From a virus (taxonomy: Duplodnaviria; Caudoviricetes), in the IMG/VR virus record IMGVR_UViG_3300038418_000044, positions 1 to 53,077 of that record: DNA of 53,077 nt; one strand, written 5' to 3'. This document shows positions 36,771-44,903 of this stretch, piece by piece (position 1 is the first letter of the stretch; every line of letters starts with the position of its first letter). The notes below the pieces were generated by a model. That model was not told the DNA's origin. It worked only from the letters and a program-made list of their open reading frames with translations, and made no database searches. Both the position numbers and the translations under genes were made by a program.

Positions 36771-36938
36771 CTATCCCGACTTTGCTTCCTCTTCGGCTAT
36801 GCGGCGCATCTCATTCTTCCACTCCCACAATTGCCGCGCAGCCTCAAAATTTACCCTAGTCATAGCGGCATCCTTCTCCAGCACATCGCTTGGGAGGACG
36901 TGAAAGCATTCTGCGAGTTGTGCAACAGCCAAGGGCAT
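36771..36938 (-). CDS. tail assembly chaperone, second ORF (gpT-like; not in ORF track)
   Basis: MPLAVAQLAECFHVLPSDVLEKD...EEEAKSG*; lies between the gpG-like gene and the tape measure. Confidence 0.65.
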   Translation of the reverse strand: MPLAVAQLAECFHVLPSDVLEKDAAMTRVNFEAARQLWEWKNEMRRIAEEEAKSG

Positions 36939-36942
36939 TTCA

Positions 36943-37338
36943 CTATTTAGGAAACGTATCGACGGGCTGTCCTTGCCCGTCTTTAATGCCCATCAAGTAG
37001 TCAATAAGGAACCGCGCATCCCCAGGCAGCAGGTCATCGAACCCTATCTCGCCAGCTTCATAGTTGGGAATGTCCCTAATCTTGGGATCAAGCACATGGT
37101 CGCAGATGAGCTTGCGCGTGAGCTGGAGGTTGCGAGTGATCTCCTCTGGCGTGGCTTGGCGGACAGCATCCGCAGCGGCGTCATGAGCCTCAGCCCCAGT
37201 GCCGATGGGGAGCGCTGAGATGTTCTGTGTGAACCAGAACGCATTTGCCTTGCGTACCTTGAACTCGACGCCTGATTCGGGCAGCGTGATGTTTTGGAAC
37301 TTTGCGATTACAGCTAGATATTCTTGACTCTTATTCAT
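36943..37338 (-). CDS. tail assembly chaperone (gpG-like)
   Basis: ITLP.SG..FKVRK, VLDPKI, ends VDTFPK; position. Confidence 0.75.
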   Translation of the reverse strand: MNKSQEYLAVIAKFQNITLPESGVEFKVRKANAFWFTQNISALPIGTGAEAHDAAADAVRQATPEEITRNLQLTRKLICDHVLDPKIRDIPNYEAGEIGFDDLLPGDARFLIDYLMGIKDGQGQPVDTFPK

Positions 37339-37393
37339 ATTGGTAGGACCTCTTTGAACGTGGATTTTTACTATGTACTACTGGAAGGATTGC

Positions 37394-37430
37394 GGAGCTG
37401 CCACGCTAGAACAGCGTAGGCAGAGGCTCC
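37394..37430 (-). other. strong intergenic hairpin
   Basis: GGAG/CTCC, CTGCC/GGCAG and ACGCT/AGCGT stems; no U-tract. Confidence 0.45.
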
Positions 37431-37460
37431 AATATTATGATGCGAAAAACTTATCTGGGG

Positions 37461-38624
37461 CTACTTGGAAACTTTCGTAGCTGCATAAGAAATCAATTCA
37501 TGCTCCCAGATGCGTTGAGGCTTATACCCAGCAGCAGCGGCATCAACAACAGCCCTAGCATCGCGTTCCTGCTGATCGGGCTTTCCACAACCCGGACGGT
37601 GGATTGGGCATCCATGCCAAAAGCAGCCATCCACGTCTACTACAGTATTGGGCGGTATAAAGAAATCCCATATGTGCCCTGCTGCGGAGAACTGCCATTT
37701 ATATGGCGTACCAGCAGCCTCCAACTCCTGTGCAAAGGCACGCTCAGGAGCAGTAAATCTAAAGAATTTCTTTTTCGCCTCTGGTGTCTGCATCCATGTG
37801 CGGCGTCCAGCACCCACAGCCAGCCTAGACTCCTCTGGCATCCTGTGGCCAGTCTGCTCAAACCGTTCATCATTGGCGCGGCGCGCAGCAGCGTGGGCAT
37901 CATCCATGTAGGCAGATTTTTCTTCTGGGGTGAGGTTAGCGAACCACGTCCTGCGCCTGGCACTAATCTTCGCCTTGGTTTCCTCTGTATGCTTCCAACC
38001 ATAACGTATCTCATTTGTGGTGCCAGCAGCAATACGCTCTTTCGTGGCTATTGACATCTGTGCACTTCTCCGTGCTTTCTCTTCAGGACTCATAGATGCG
38101 TGATATTCCACCATGGCCATACTCTGCTTTGCTATAGTTTCAGGAGTGGGGCGTATACCGCGTTGGCGCAGAGACATAGCTTCTCGAATCTCTGGAGACC
38201 TCTTTTTGCCACTATTAGCCAAGCTAATCTTTGCCTTCGTTTCGTCAGACATAGGACCATGTGGCTTACCCTTCTTAGCTGCGCTTATTTTATGCCTCGT
38301 CTCTTCCGATGGACTGTGGGGATGGCGGGTTTTTAGGGCTGCCATATGTTTAGCCCTGCGCTCAGGAGTAGACCATGAGCGCTTGCCAGCTTCCCTGAGG
38401 ATTTGGTGTATTTCCTCTGGGGCGGATGCGTAGAAGTCTTGTGATATCTTCCGCAGCTTTTCACGCGTCTCAGAAGTAGGATGATGGCCCAAGTGGCTAG
38501 TGGATAGCTTCTCTATAGTTTCAGGTGATCTCCTCTTGCCGCGATTGGCAAGTCCAATTTTGCGCTTGGTTTCCTCTGAGTGCTTACGACCCCGCCGATG
38601 GAGTTTTGGACGGTATTCTTCCAT
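37461..38624 (-). mobile_element. putative homing endonuclease: many NUMOD3 repeats plus Vsr/DUF559-like nuclease
   Basis: HSEETKRKI, SEETRHKIS, HTEETKAKIS; WDFF...VDVDGCFWHGCP..RD..RIWEHE. Confidence 0.8.
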
Positions 38625-38633
38625 AGACTTGGA

Positions 38634-38662
38634 AGGGTACCAAGGAAGATCGCTTCTGTCAA
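38634..38662 (-). promoter_or_regulatory. promoter of the endonuclease gene
   Basis: Minus strand TTGACA-17 nt-TACCCT with TGg; ATG 9 nt downstream. Confidence 0.65.
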
Positions 38663-38700
38663 GAAGTAATTTGTAGGATTCTAAACGCAGAGTATGTAGG

Positions 38701-39561
38701 CTAGACGCTGGTCGTCCTCACCATTTCGCAAAGTTCATCGCCGAACTCGCGCGAGCTATCTCCCAGTACTCCGAACTTGAGAGAATACTTACTGTGCGCA
38801 GTCCGATGAAATTGCAATTGAATTGCACTTTTGAGGTAAACTCGCGGCGCATACACGTAAATCCACTGCCCAATGTTTCCGCGGTCGGCGGACACTAGCA
38901 TGAGCGAGCGGATGTTGTCGTTGCAGGATAGCTGCCCGCCCATCGTGAATACATCCACGTTGGCCAGTTTCTGCGCGTTGGTGCCGTAATCGTCCGAGAA
39001 GTAACGCTGCATCCTCAGCGCGTCAAACTCCATCATCACGATATCCAACTCAGCTTCGACCTTAGTGAGGGCTGCATCAATCGCGGCCTCATACTGGTCA
39101 GCACGAATCTCCACAGCGGTCTGCGTAACGGAGAACTGTGTGGGACCCTCTGTAAGGCCAAGGTGCTGCCCCCATTTGGCGATTGCGCTGGAAGCGGTAT
39201 AGACCCCATTGCCCTTGGAACCCAAGAGCGTGGCTGTGGTGACTGAACCACCCACGGTGACAGATTCCAGTGTCCATGTGCCATTGACGCTTGTGTTGAC
39301 CAATCCACCAGACACAACGATGATATCACCATTATAGGGAGTGTAGCCCACAAGGTTGGTGAACGTCACCACAATTGGGGTAGCGTTCGTAGCTGTCAGC
39401 AGGGCAGCAGTCTGCGTGGCAGGCTGGCCGCTGGTATCAATAGCGATCTCGTCCGCAGCAGTAGGCGGCACGTGGCTGGTTGGCGGTGGAACGCCCAGAA
39501 ACACGTCAGCAGGACTCTGGAGCACATTCCGGCTGGAATAGACTTTAGTAACAGTTGCCAT
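38701..39561 (-). CDS. tail tube-like protein, paralog 2 (with inserted beta domain)
   Basis: SPADVFLGV, HLGLTEGP, DQY.AA.DAA, MLVS.DR.N.G. Confidence 0.7.
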   Translation of the reverse strand: MATVTKVYSSRNVLQSPADVFLGVPPPTSHVPPTAADEIAIDTSGQPATQTAALLTATNATPIVVTFTNLVGYTPYNGDIIVVSGGLVNTSVNGTWTLESVTVGGSVTTATLLGSKGNGVYTASSAIAKWGQHLGLTEGPTQFSVTQTAVEIRADQYEAAIDAALTKVEAELDIVMMEFDALRMQRYFSDDYGTNAQKLANVDVFTMGGQLSCNDNIRSLMLVSADRGNIGQWIYVYAPRVYLKSAIQLQFHRTAHSKYSLKFGVLGDSSREFGDELCEMVRTTSV

Positions 39562-39578
39562 TGCATTACCTCACTAGG

Positions 39579-40250
39579 TTATGACGTGATCTTGACGATC
39601 TGAGCAACCCCATCCTTCAATACGCGGGTTACATCACAGATACATTTGAACTTGAGCTTCCAGCTAGTCTGCGTTGTGCGGTGGAACGTGGTCTGGACTG
39701 CGCTGGACAAGAACGCCTTGTACGCCTGCACCGCGTAAAACTTGCCTACGTTTGAGCGGTCTGGAGATACTAGCATCAATGTCTGAAACGTAATAGCGCA
39801 GGAGTTCACGTTGCCAAACTGTAGGATGTCAGCCGCAGGGTTGCCGCCCGCAGCAGCTACGTGAGTGTATGTGCCCAGCGTGGATGAGAAGTACTTCTGC
39901 AGGTTCTGGAAGACTGCTTCCTTGGCCACGAAGTCGATCTCAAACTCTGAGGACACGAAGGCAGCATCCAAGGGGGAAGCAAACTGGTCGCCGCCGATCT
40001 CTGCGAACTTGGGAGTGATGGTCAGAGTCAAGGGGCCTTCCACGAGTCCCAGATGCACCCCGTCAGTGCCGTTGTCTGCGGGCTGGCCGGTAGCATCAAG
40101 AATGTAAGTGCCTCCACCAGTAGCGGAACCCCAGACGTTAGTTCCTTGGACAGGAGGGATTGCGGAGATAGGCGCTTGGACCCCAAGGTAAACGTCAGCC
40201 GGACCCTGAATTATAAGAGCATTATTGTAACTCTTGAGGATGTTGCTCAT
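39579..40250 (-). CDS. major tail (tube) protein, paralog 1
   Basis: QGPADVYLGV, HLGLVEGP, DQF..PLDAA, MLVSPDRSNVG; position after the tail terminator. Confidence 0.75.
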   Translation of the reverse strand: MSNILKSYNNALIIQGPADVYLGVQAPISAIPPVQGTNVWGSATGGGTYILDATGQPADNGTDGVHLGLVEGPLTLTITPKFAEIGGDQFASPLDAAFVSSEFEIDFVAKEAVFQNLQKYFSSTLGTYTHVAAAGGNPAADILQFGNVNSCAITFQTLMLVSPDRSNVGKFYAVQAYKAFLSSAVQTTFHRTTQTSWKLKFKCICDVTRVLKDGVAQIVKITS

Positions 40251-40251
40251 G

Positions 40252-40485
40252 CTATTTTTTCACCTCTTCCGCATACTTGTGCTTGACTATTCCGGCCAAC
40301 AGACTCTCCACTTTAGGTCCGCTGCCGCGCAACAGGCTACCCTTGAGCGCCATGAATTTCTGCCCGCCCCAGGAAGTGAAACTCTTATCCGCGGGCGCAA
40401 ATTGCACCTCGAAGTCCCAGCCTGCGGGGATGGCAGCAGTCCACGACTCTAAAACCAGTCTGATAGTATGCTTGCCAGCAGCCAT
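40252..40485 (-). CDS. hypothetical virion-region protein
   Basis: Operon packing. Confidence 0.55.
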   Translation of the reverse strand: MAAGKHTIRLVLESWTAAIPAGWDFEVQFAPADKSFTSWGGQKFMALKGSLLRGSGPKVESLLAGIVKHKYAEEVKK

Positions 40486-40542
40486 ACTGATGCCTCAAAA
40501 GTTTGATGCCGTAGCTGGGCAAGGGGCTGATGAGGTCCACGC

Positions 40543-41130
40543 TCAGACCTCCTCCACAACTACATCGAACTCCATCTGTGCGATCATCTCCAAATTCGTG
40601 CTTGGGCGCTGTAAGTCGCTGTACCTAGTTCGCGTTGGCCAGCAGCCCAACACCGAGCCAGCCTGCATTGGCGTGGTGGCAGTTAGGTTGATGATGCTCT
40701 GCGATGGAGATTGCGGGAAAGGAACCACCAATGGCAACGGCGTGTAAAAGTCCGCAAAGCTGGGGCTGATGGCGGGATTCACCTGCGCTCCAAGGCTGGA
40801 TATGATCTGGTCCAGCGCCAGCACATACCGCCAAGCTTGCTGGGCTAACAGGTTGCGGTCTTGACTAGCAAGCGCAATGGTAGCCTCGAAATTCACCAGT
40901 TGGGGGCGCGCCTGGACTGTATCTGGGTGCGTGAAAGTGACCAGCCGCGGTACTAGCAGGAGAGCGGGCCATTGCGTAGGTGGGTAGAAGGAGAATCCAT
41001 ACTCTGCGAACACTGGCAGTGTGGCGTCTACAGTGGCAAGAGAAGCCGCTATGTCACGCTGGATGATCGCTAGAACCTGCTTCGCTAGCGGCTCCGTGAG
41101 CTTAGAAGAGAAGAATGGCGCGAAAGACAT
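40543..41130 (-). CDS. putative tail terminator protein
   Basis: Position between neck and tube genes; WPALLL motif. Confidence 0.55.
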   Translation of the reverse strand: MSFAPFFSSKLTEPLAKQVLAIIQRDIAASLATVDATLPVFAEYGFSFYPPTQWPALLLVPRLVTFTHPDTVQARPQLVNFEATIALASQDRNLLAQQAWRYVLALDQIISSLGAQVNPAISPSFADFYTPLPLVVPFPQSPSQSIINLTATTPMQAGSVLGCWPTRTRYSDLQRPSTNLEMIAQMEFDVVVEEV

Positions 41131-41178
41131 CTAGTTAGCTGCTCCCCATAAGTGAGATTCCCACGCCCAAATAATAGC

Positions 41179-41207
41179 TTGACAGGCTCCAGCATCCAGT
41201 GTAGAAT
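41179..41207 (+). promoter_or_regulatory. sigma70-like promoter
   Basis: TTGACA-17 nt-TAGAAT; GAGGTG SD at 41215-41220. Confidence 0.8.
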
Positions 41208-41224
41208 GGGGATTGAGGTGAAAC

Positions 41225-41464
41225 ATGGCAAAACGCATTAAGAAATCCGATACCGCACTCGTGGACAGCCTTGAAAAGTGCTTCTACTGGGCGTCCGACG
41301 ATGGTAAGGGCGGCCTAAGTCTGGTGGACGCTCTTATGACTGTGGCAGATAGCATGGACAACCTGACGAAAGCCCTCAACAACTTCTATTGTGAGGAGCA
41401 TCTTGAGGCTGTGAATGAGGCAGTAGCAGAATCGCTTAAAGAGTCTAGTCCTAAGCCCCGCTAG
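41225..41464 (+). CDS. moron-like hypothetical protein, opposite to the late operon
   Basis: Own promoter and SD; 79 aa, helical. Confidence 0.75.
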   Translation: MAKRIKKSDTALVDSLEKCFYWASDDGKGGLSLVDALMTVADSMDNLTKALNNFYCEEHLEAVNEAVAESLKESSPKPR

Positions 41465-41990
41465 ATGGATATGATGTCCATCCGGGGCCATGCATGAATA
41501 TACCATCTGCCATTTCTGCTGCCCATCTTATGAACTCAGCCTCGGTTAGAGCCTGTAAGCGCTCATTCCAATAGAATATTTCTCGCTTGGGCAGGTTCTT
41601 GCCTGTCCAATGGTTATACGCTCCAACTTGGTGCGCGTAGCCTCTTGCCAAGCTGGTGCCCCATTCGCCGCTTTCGGGCAGGAATTCCTCGATATGCCCC
41701 TCGCCACCCTCATCGAACGAGCCTTCCAGCAAGCCACTATCATGCAGGATAGGATGCGCTGAGCCACGCTTCTTGACCGTGGATTCGGCTAACTGCTCCC
41801 ACCCACCAGTCTCAGCGCCCTCGCTGGCAAACTGCTCATGCTTAGCAGGCCAGAGCACATTGCGCGAGATAGCACGCCACAATGGAGTCTTATCACGCAG
41901 GCGGTTGATGAAGTCACTAGCTGCACTCTGGAAGACTTCTGCGCCTCCGGTTCTACCGCCATATGACCACTGCATGCTAATGGTTATCAT
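41451..41990 (-). CDS. Mu gpG-like virion morphogenesis (tail completion) protein
   Basis: F..EG....W..LA.ST, IL..SG.L..S, GT....YAHQ.G, LPKRE. Confidence 0.8.
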   Translation of the reverse strand: MITISMQWSYGGRTGGAEVFQSAASDFINRLRDKTPLWRAISRNVLWPAKHEQFASEGAETGGWEQLAESTVKKRGSAHPILHDSGLLEGSFDEGGEGHIEEFLPESGEWGTSLARGYAHQVGAYNHWTGKNLPKREIFYWNERLQALTEAEFIRWAAEMADGIFMHGPGWTSYPSSGA

Positions 41991-42003
41991 GCTTGTAAGT
42001 ATC

Positions 42004-42513
42004 TCAGAACACCTGGGTTAACCAAAACGGCTTATTGTCACTGTTGGGCTCATCCACGGTTGGCGTGCTGTCTGTCTCGCCCCCAGCAATTCCTGAGAAG
42101 GCTGGTTCAATGTCCGTAGTGCGCGAATAGAGCCAGAAGAGGCTATCATACAGGCCAGCGGAGATACCCTTCAGGTTGGTTTCCCATCTTTGGTAGGCCC
42201 CACGAGCCATGGACTGTTCAGTAACACTGAGGGTTGCCCAGATGGCGCTCGCTAGCCGCCAGATGCCGTAGTTGCGCACGAACTCGCGCAGGATGTCCGC
42301 TTGGTTGGTGACGGGAGTAGCCTGCGTAGGATCGGACACCTTCGGGTGGCTGAGGTTATCCGTGTTCAGGCCCCTGTTGTAGAAAGCCGCATGGACAGTC
42401 CCAGAAGCATCATTCAGCCAGCCTTGGATGGAAGCGTCAGTGATCGAGCCAGGCTGGTTGCGCATGAAGCGCGGGAACATATTGGCGACATCCTCTACCG
42501 TGCAGTAGCTCAT
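42004..42513 (-). CDS. head-tail connector (Mu gp36-like)
   Basis: MSYCTVEDV, DAS..V, Y......LK.IS.G. Confidence 0.7.
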   Translation of the reverse strand: MSYCTVEDVANMFPRFMRNQPGSITDASIQGWLNDASGTVHAAFYNRGLNTDNLSHPKVSDPTQATPVTNQADILREFVRNYGIWRLASAIWATLSVTEQSMARGAYQRWETNLKGISAGLYDSLFWLYSRTTDIEPAFSGIAGGETDSTPTVDEPNSDNKPFWLTQVF

Positions 42514-42523
42514 TTAATCCCCT

Positions 42524-42564
42524 AAAACAACAATGGCCAAGCAGCCATGACAGCCACTTGGCCA
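42524..42564 (-). terminator. rho-independent terminator after the head genes
   Basis: TGGCCAAGTGGC-loop-GCTGCTTGGCCA followed by TTGTTGTTTT on the minus strand. Confidence 0.65.
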
Positions 42565-42609
42565 GTTCTCACAGCGGCTATCTGCCGCCTGCAATCATAC
42601 CGTACTACC

Positions 42610-42939
42610 TCAATAGAGCACCAAGAACACACCCGCAGTCACGCCCGTGTCGGTTATCACATAAATGTTCGTGTCATCAAACCCCGGCTCGCCGCTGAGG
42701 GGAATAAACCCCCCGTAGGTTCCATCGGAGCCATCCAGCGTAGGAGGTACAGCAACCGCGGAGCCGTCAGCCGAGTAGGCTATTGGTACCACCGCGACTG
42801 GTGTATTGGGCAGCCCATGCGGAATGGTATTCAAGGAAGCGCCGGTCAGGCCGGTAACCACCAGATTGGCGGCCCGCAAACTATGCTGCTCAGCAAGTTG
42901 GGCGATGTCCCTGTAGCTTGGTACAACTGAGATTCCCAT
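42610..42939 (-). CDS. small virion protein
   Basis: IPHGLPNTP motif; position. Confidence 0.55.
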   Translation of the reverse strand: MGISVVPSYRDIAQLAEQHSLRAANLVVTGLTGASLNTIPHGLPNTPVAVVPIAYSADGSAVAVPPTLDGSDGTYGGFIPLSGEPGFDDTNIYVITDTGVTAGVFLVLY

Positions 42940-42943
42940 GGTA

Positions 42944-43246
42944 TTACTCCTCTGCTGATGCCAGCGGTATGGCAGCTTTCGCTTGCGCCTTCACAGCCGC
43001 TTCTGCTTCCATTGCTGCTTTTGCTCCAACCGTCATGCCTACGGGAGCCGGAATTACTCTCGCGGCTGCTACTTTGATAGTACCAGGAACCACAGCAGCA
43101 TCCGGTGTATAGAGCCTAGCGTAACGGGGCAGCTTCTTGAGGAAGTGTTGGGCGAGGTCTTCACCCAAATCCCTGCCAATTTCATACAGCCCTCGCCCAT
43201 ACTCAAAGCCATCATGTGCGATAGGATGAAGCAGTTGAATTACCAT
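42944..43246 (-). CDS. small post-capsid protein
   Basis: PI.HDG..Y..G motif, typical of genes that follow the capsid gene. Confidence 0.6.
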   Translation of the reverse strand: MVIQLLHPIAHDGFEYGRGLYEIGRDLGEDLAQHFLKKLPRYARLYTPDAAVVPGTIKVAAARVIPAPVGMTVGAKAAMEAEAAVKAQAKAAIPLASAEE

Positions 43247-43270
43247 TTAGTTCGCTAGCTCCTGGTGCTT

Positions 43271-44209
43271 CTAAATCACGTTCGTCCAGAGAAACGCAGC
43301 GGTCTCAGCGACCAGTTTCTGATCGTAATATTTTTTTACTTTCAAATAGTCGCTATCCCGAGTCTCCAGCCTGAACCGTTTGACCAAGTAACTGATGCCG
43401 TTGCCGACCCACAGGAAGTGGTAGGCAAACGCTGGCACGCGCAATCCAGGTCGCCGTGGACGGTAGAACAGGAGCGCATTGTCGCCCCAGATGTATTCCA
43501 GAGAGTCCACTTCGCCTTCCACGTTCGCCTGCATCAACGGGGCGGGAACAATGATCTCTTCCACGTCGAAGTATTCTGCCATCTGCTCCGCGGTAATCAT
43601 ACTGCGAGCGCCGTTTTGAGTATACTTCATGGCATCGAGGACAAGTGGATGGTTGCGCAGAGTGCGGAATATCGGACGAGGCAGCAACAGGATGTTGGGG
43701 AACTCGCCGATGGACTGCTGCACAGTTTCCTTCGCAGCATCCACAGCCAAGCGGGGGTTGGAGTTGGTATAATCCGACCACATGTTGGTGCCAGACAGTG
43801 CTTGGTTGTGCGTGATGTTGCTTGGATCAGTGACCAAGCTCGCAAACGCTACTTCCTGATTGAGCAACAACTGGGAAGTGATCTTCTCAGTGTACTCAAT
43901 GTCAATCTGCGCGCCAGGGTCAGCATTCGTGCGCAGCTCATCAGGAATGGGCAGTCCCAAACCGTGGCCATCGCAACGATACGACCCGCGGGTGTCCAGG
44001 TCAACTTCGATCTCGTTGGCCTCATCACCGGGGCGCAGTTGGTCAGGGATAGCGCGGAAGTGCTGCTTGGAGAATTGGAAGTATAGGTCGTTCTGCTTCT
44101 GGACTGGAACGACGGGTGCCACTCGCTCGGCGACAAACGCAGCGTTACGGTATGCCACGCTGACGTTGCCAAGGGCTTGGTCTATGTGTACTTGGGTCAT
44201 GCCTGCCAT
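43271..44209 (-). CDS. major capsid protein (HK97 fold)
   Basis: HIDQAL.NVSVAY.N..FVA..V.P.VPV, WSD..NSNP, PN, LRNHP, IWG, PAFAY. Confidence 0.9.
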   Translation of the reverse strand: MAGMTQVHIDQALGNVSVAYRNAAFVAERVAPVVPVQKQNDLYFQFSKQHFRAIPDQLRPGDEANEIEVDLDTRGSYRCDGHGLGLPIPDELRTNADPGAQIDIEYTEKITSQLLLNQEVAFASLVTDPSNITHNQALSGTNMWSDYTNSNPRLAVDAAKETVQQSIGEFPNILLLPRPIFRTLRNHPLVLDAMKYTQNGARSMITAEQMAEYFDVEEIIVPAPLMQANVEGEVDSLEYIWGDNALLFYRPRRPGLRVPAFAYHFLWVGNGISYLVKRFRLETRDSDYLKVKKYYDQKLVAETAAFLWTNVI

Positions 44210-44341
44210 AAGTTTTCCCTCTTCGTACTGGGTGTCCTATGAGGTGCGTTGGCGGGTATCTAACGGGCCTCAAAGTTTGCAGCAAGCGTACCCACGAATG
44301 CTCTAGCCCGTTTCTAGGGGGAGCTAGTGCCCTGATACTGT

Positions 44342-44863
44342 TTACACAGCAGGGTTGGAAGCTGGCCGCAACACCTGCGTCAATCTAACTCGGATGACAT
44401 CGCCAGGATTAGTGGCCGCTCGCAGCGCCTCACCAACTTCGTACACGTTGCCGCTGGTTTCAGACACGGCTTTGACTGAGCCCATAACGTTGACGCTGTT
44501 GATAACGGTCGTCGCTTTGATGTTTACACGCTGCCCGATGGCAATAGACGCGCCCGCGATGACCCGGATAATGCTGGGAGCCACGGCAAAGGACACAGCC
44601 TTCCCGTTTATGGAACTGGGAATGGAGCCCACGGGCCAAGCGGCACCACTGGGGATGATATACTTGCCCCCGCTGTAGTCCTGTGTGGCATCTGGAATCA
44701 AGGATTCGGTAGCCACGCCTGCGATGGGGCCTGCGTTCGCAGAGGCCGACATGGCAAATTGGCCCTCATTGGAGGTATCAAGAATCGCCACGGTGAACTT
44801 GCCCACCTGGACATCATCGCGGCTCTTGTAGCTCTTGCGCAAAACCTGGTCAGTGTTCGACAT
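44342..44863 (-). CDS. capsid decoration/cement protein (DUF2190-like)
   Basis: AGASIAIGQ, GEALRAAT..GDVIRVRL. Confidence 0.75.
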   Translation of the reverse strand: MSNTDQVLRKSYKSRDDVQVGKFTVAILDTSNEGQFAMSASANAGPIAGVATESLIPDATQDYSGGKYIIPSGAAWPVGSIPSSINGKAVSFAVAPSIIRVIAGASIAIGQRVNIKATTVINSVNVMGSVKAVSETSGNVYEVGEALRAATNPGDVIRVRLTQVLRPASNPAV

Positions 44864-44903
44864 GTCAGTTCCTCATCACTATACTGTTTGACGTTCTACT
44901 GTC

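Noticed and set aside
38625-38700. Recoded terminal duplications around the other endonuclease genes (7716, 37461, 47923)
   Set aside because: I looked and found only weak, unconvincing similarity
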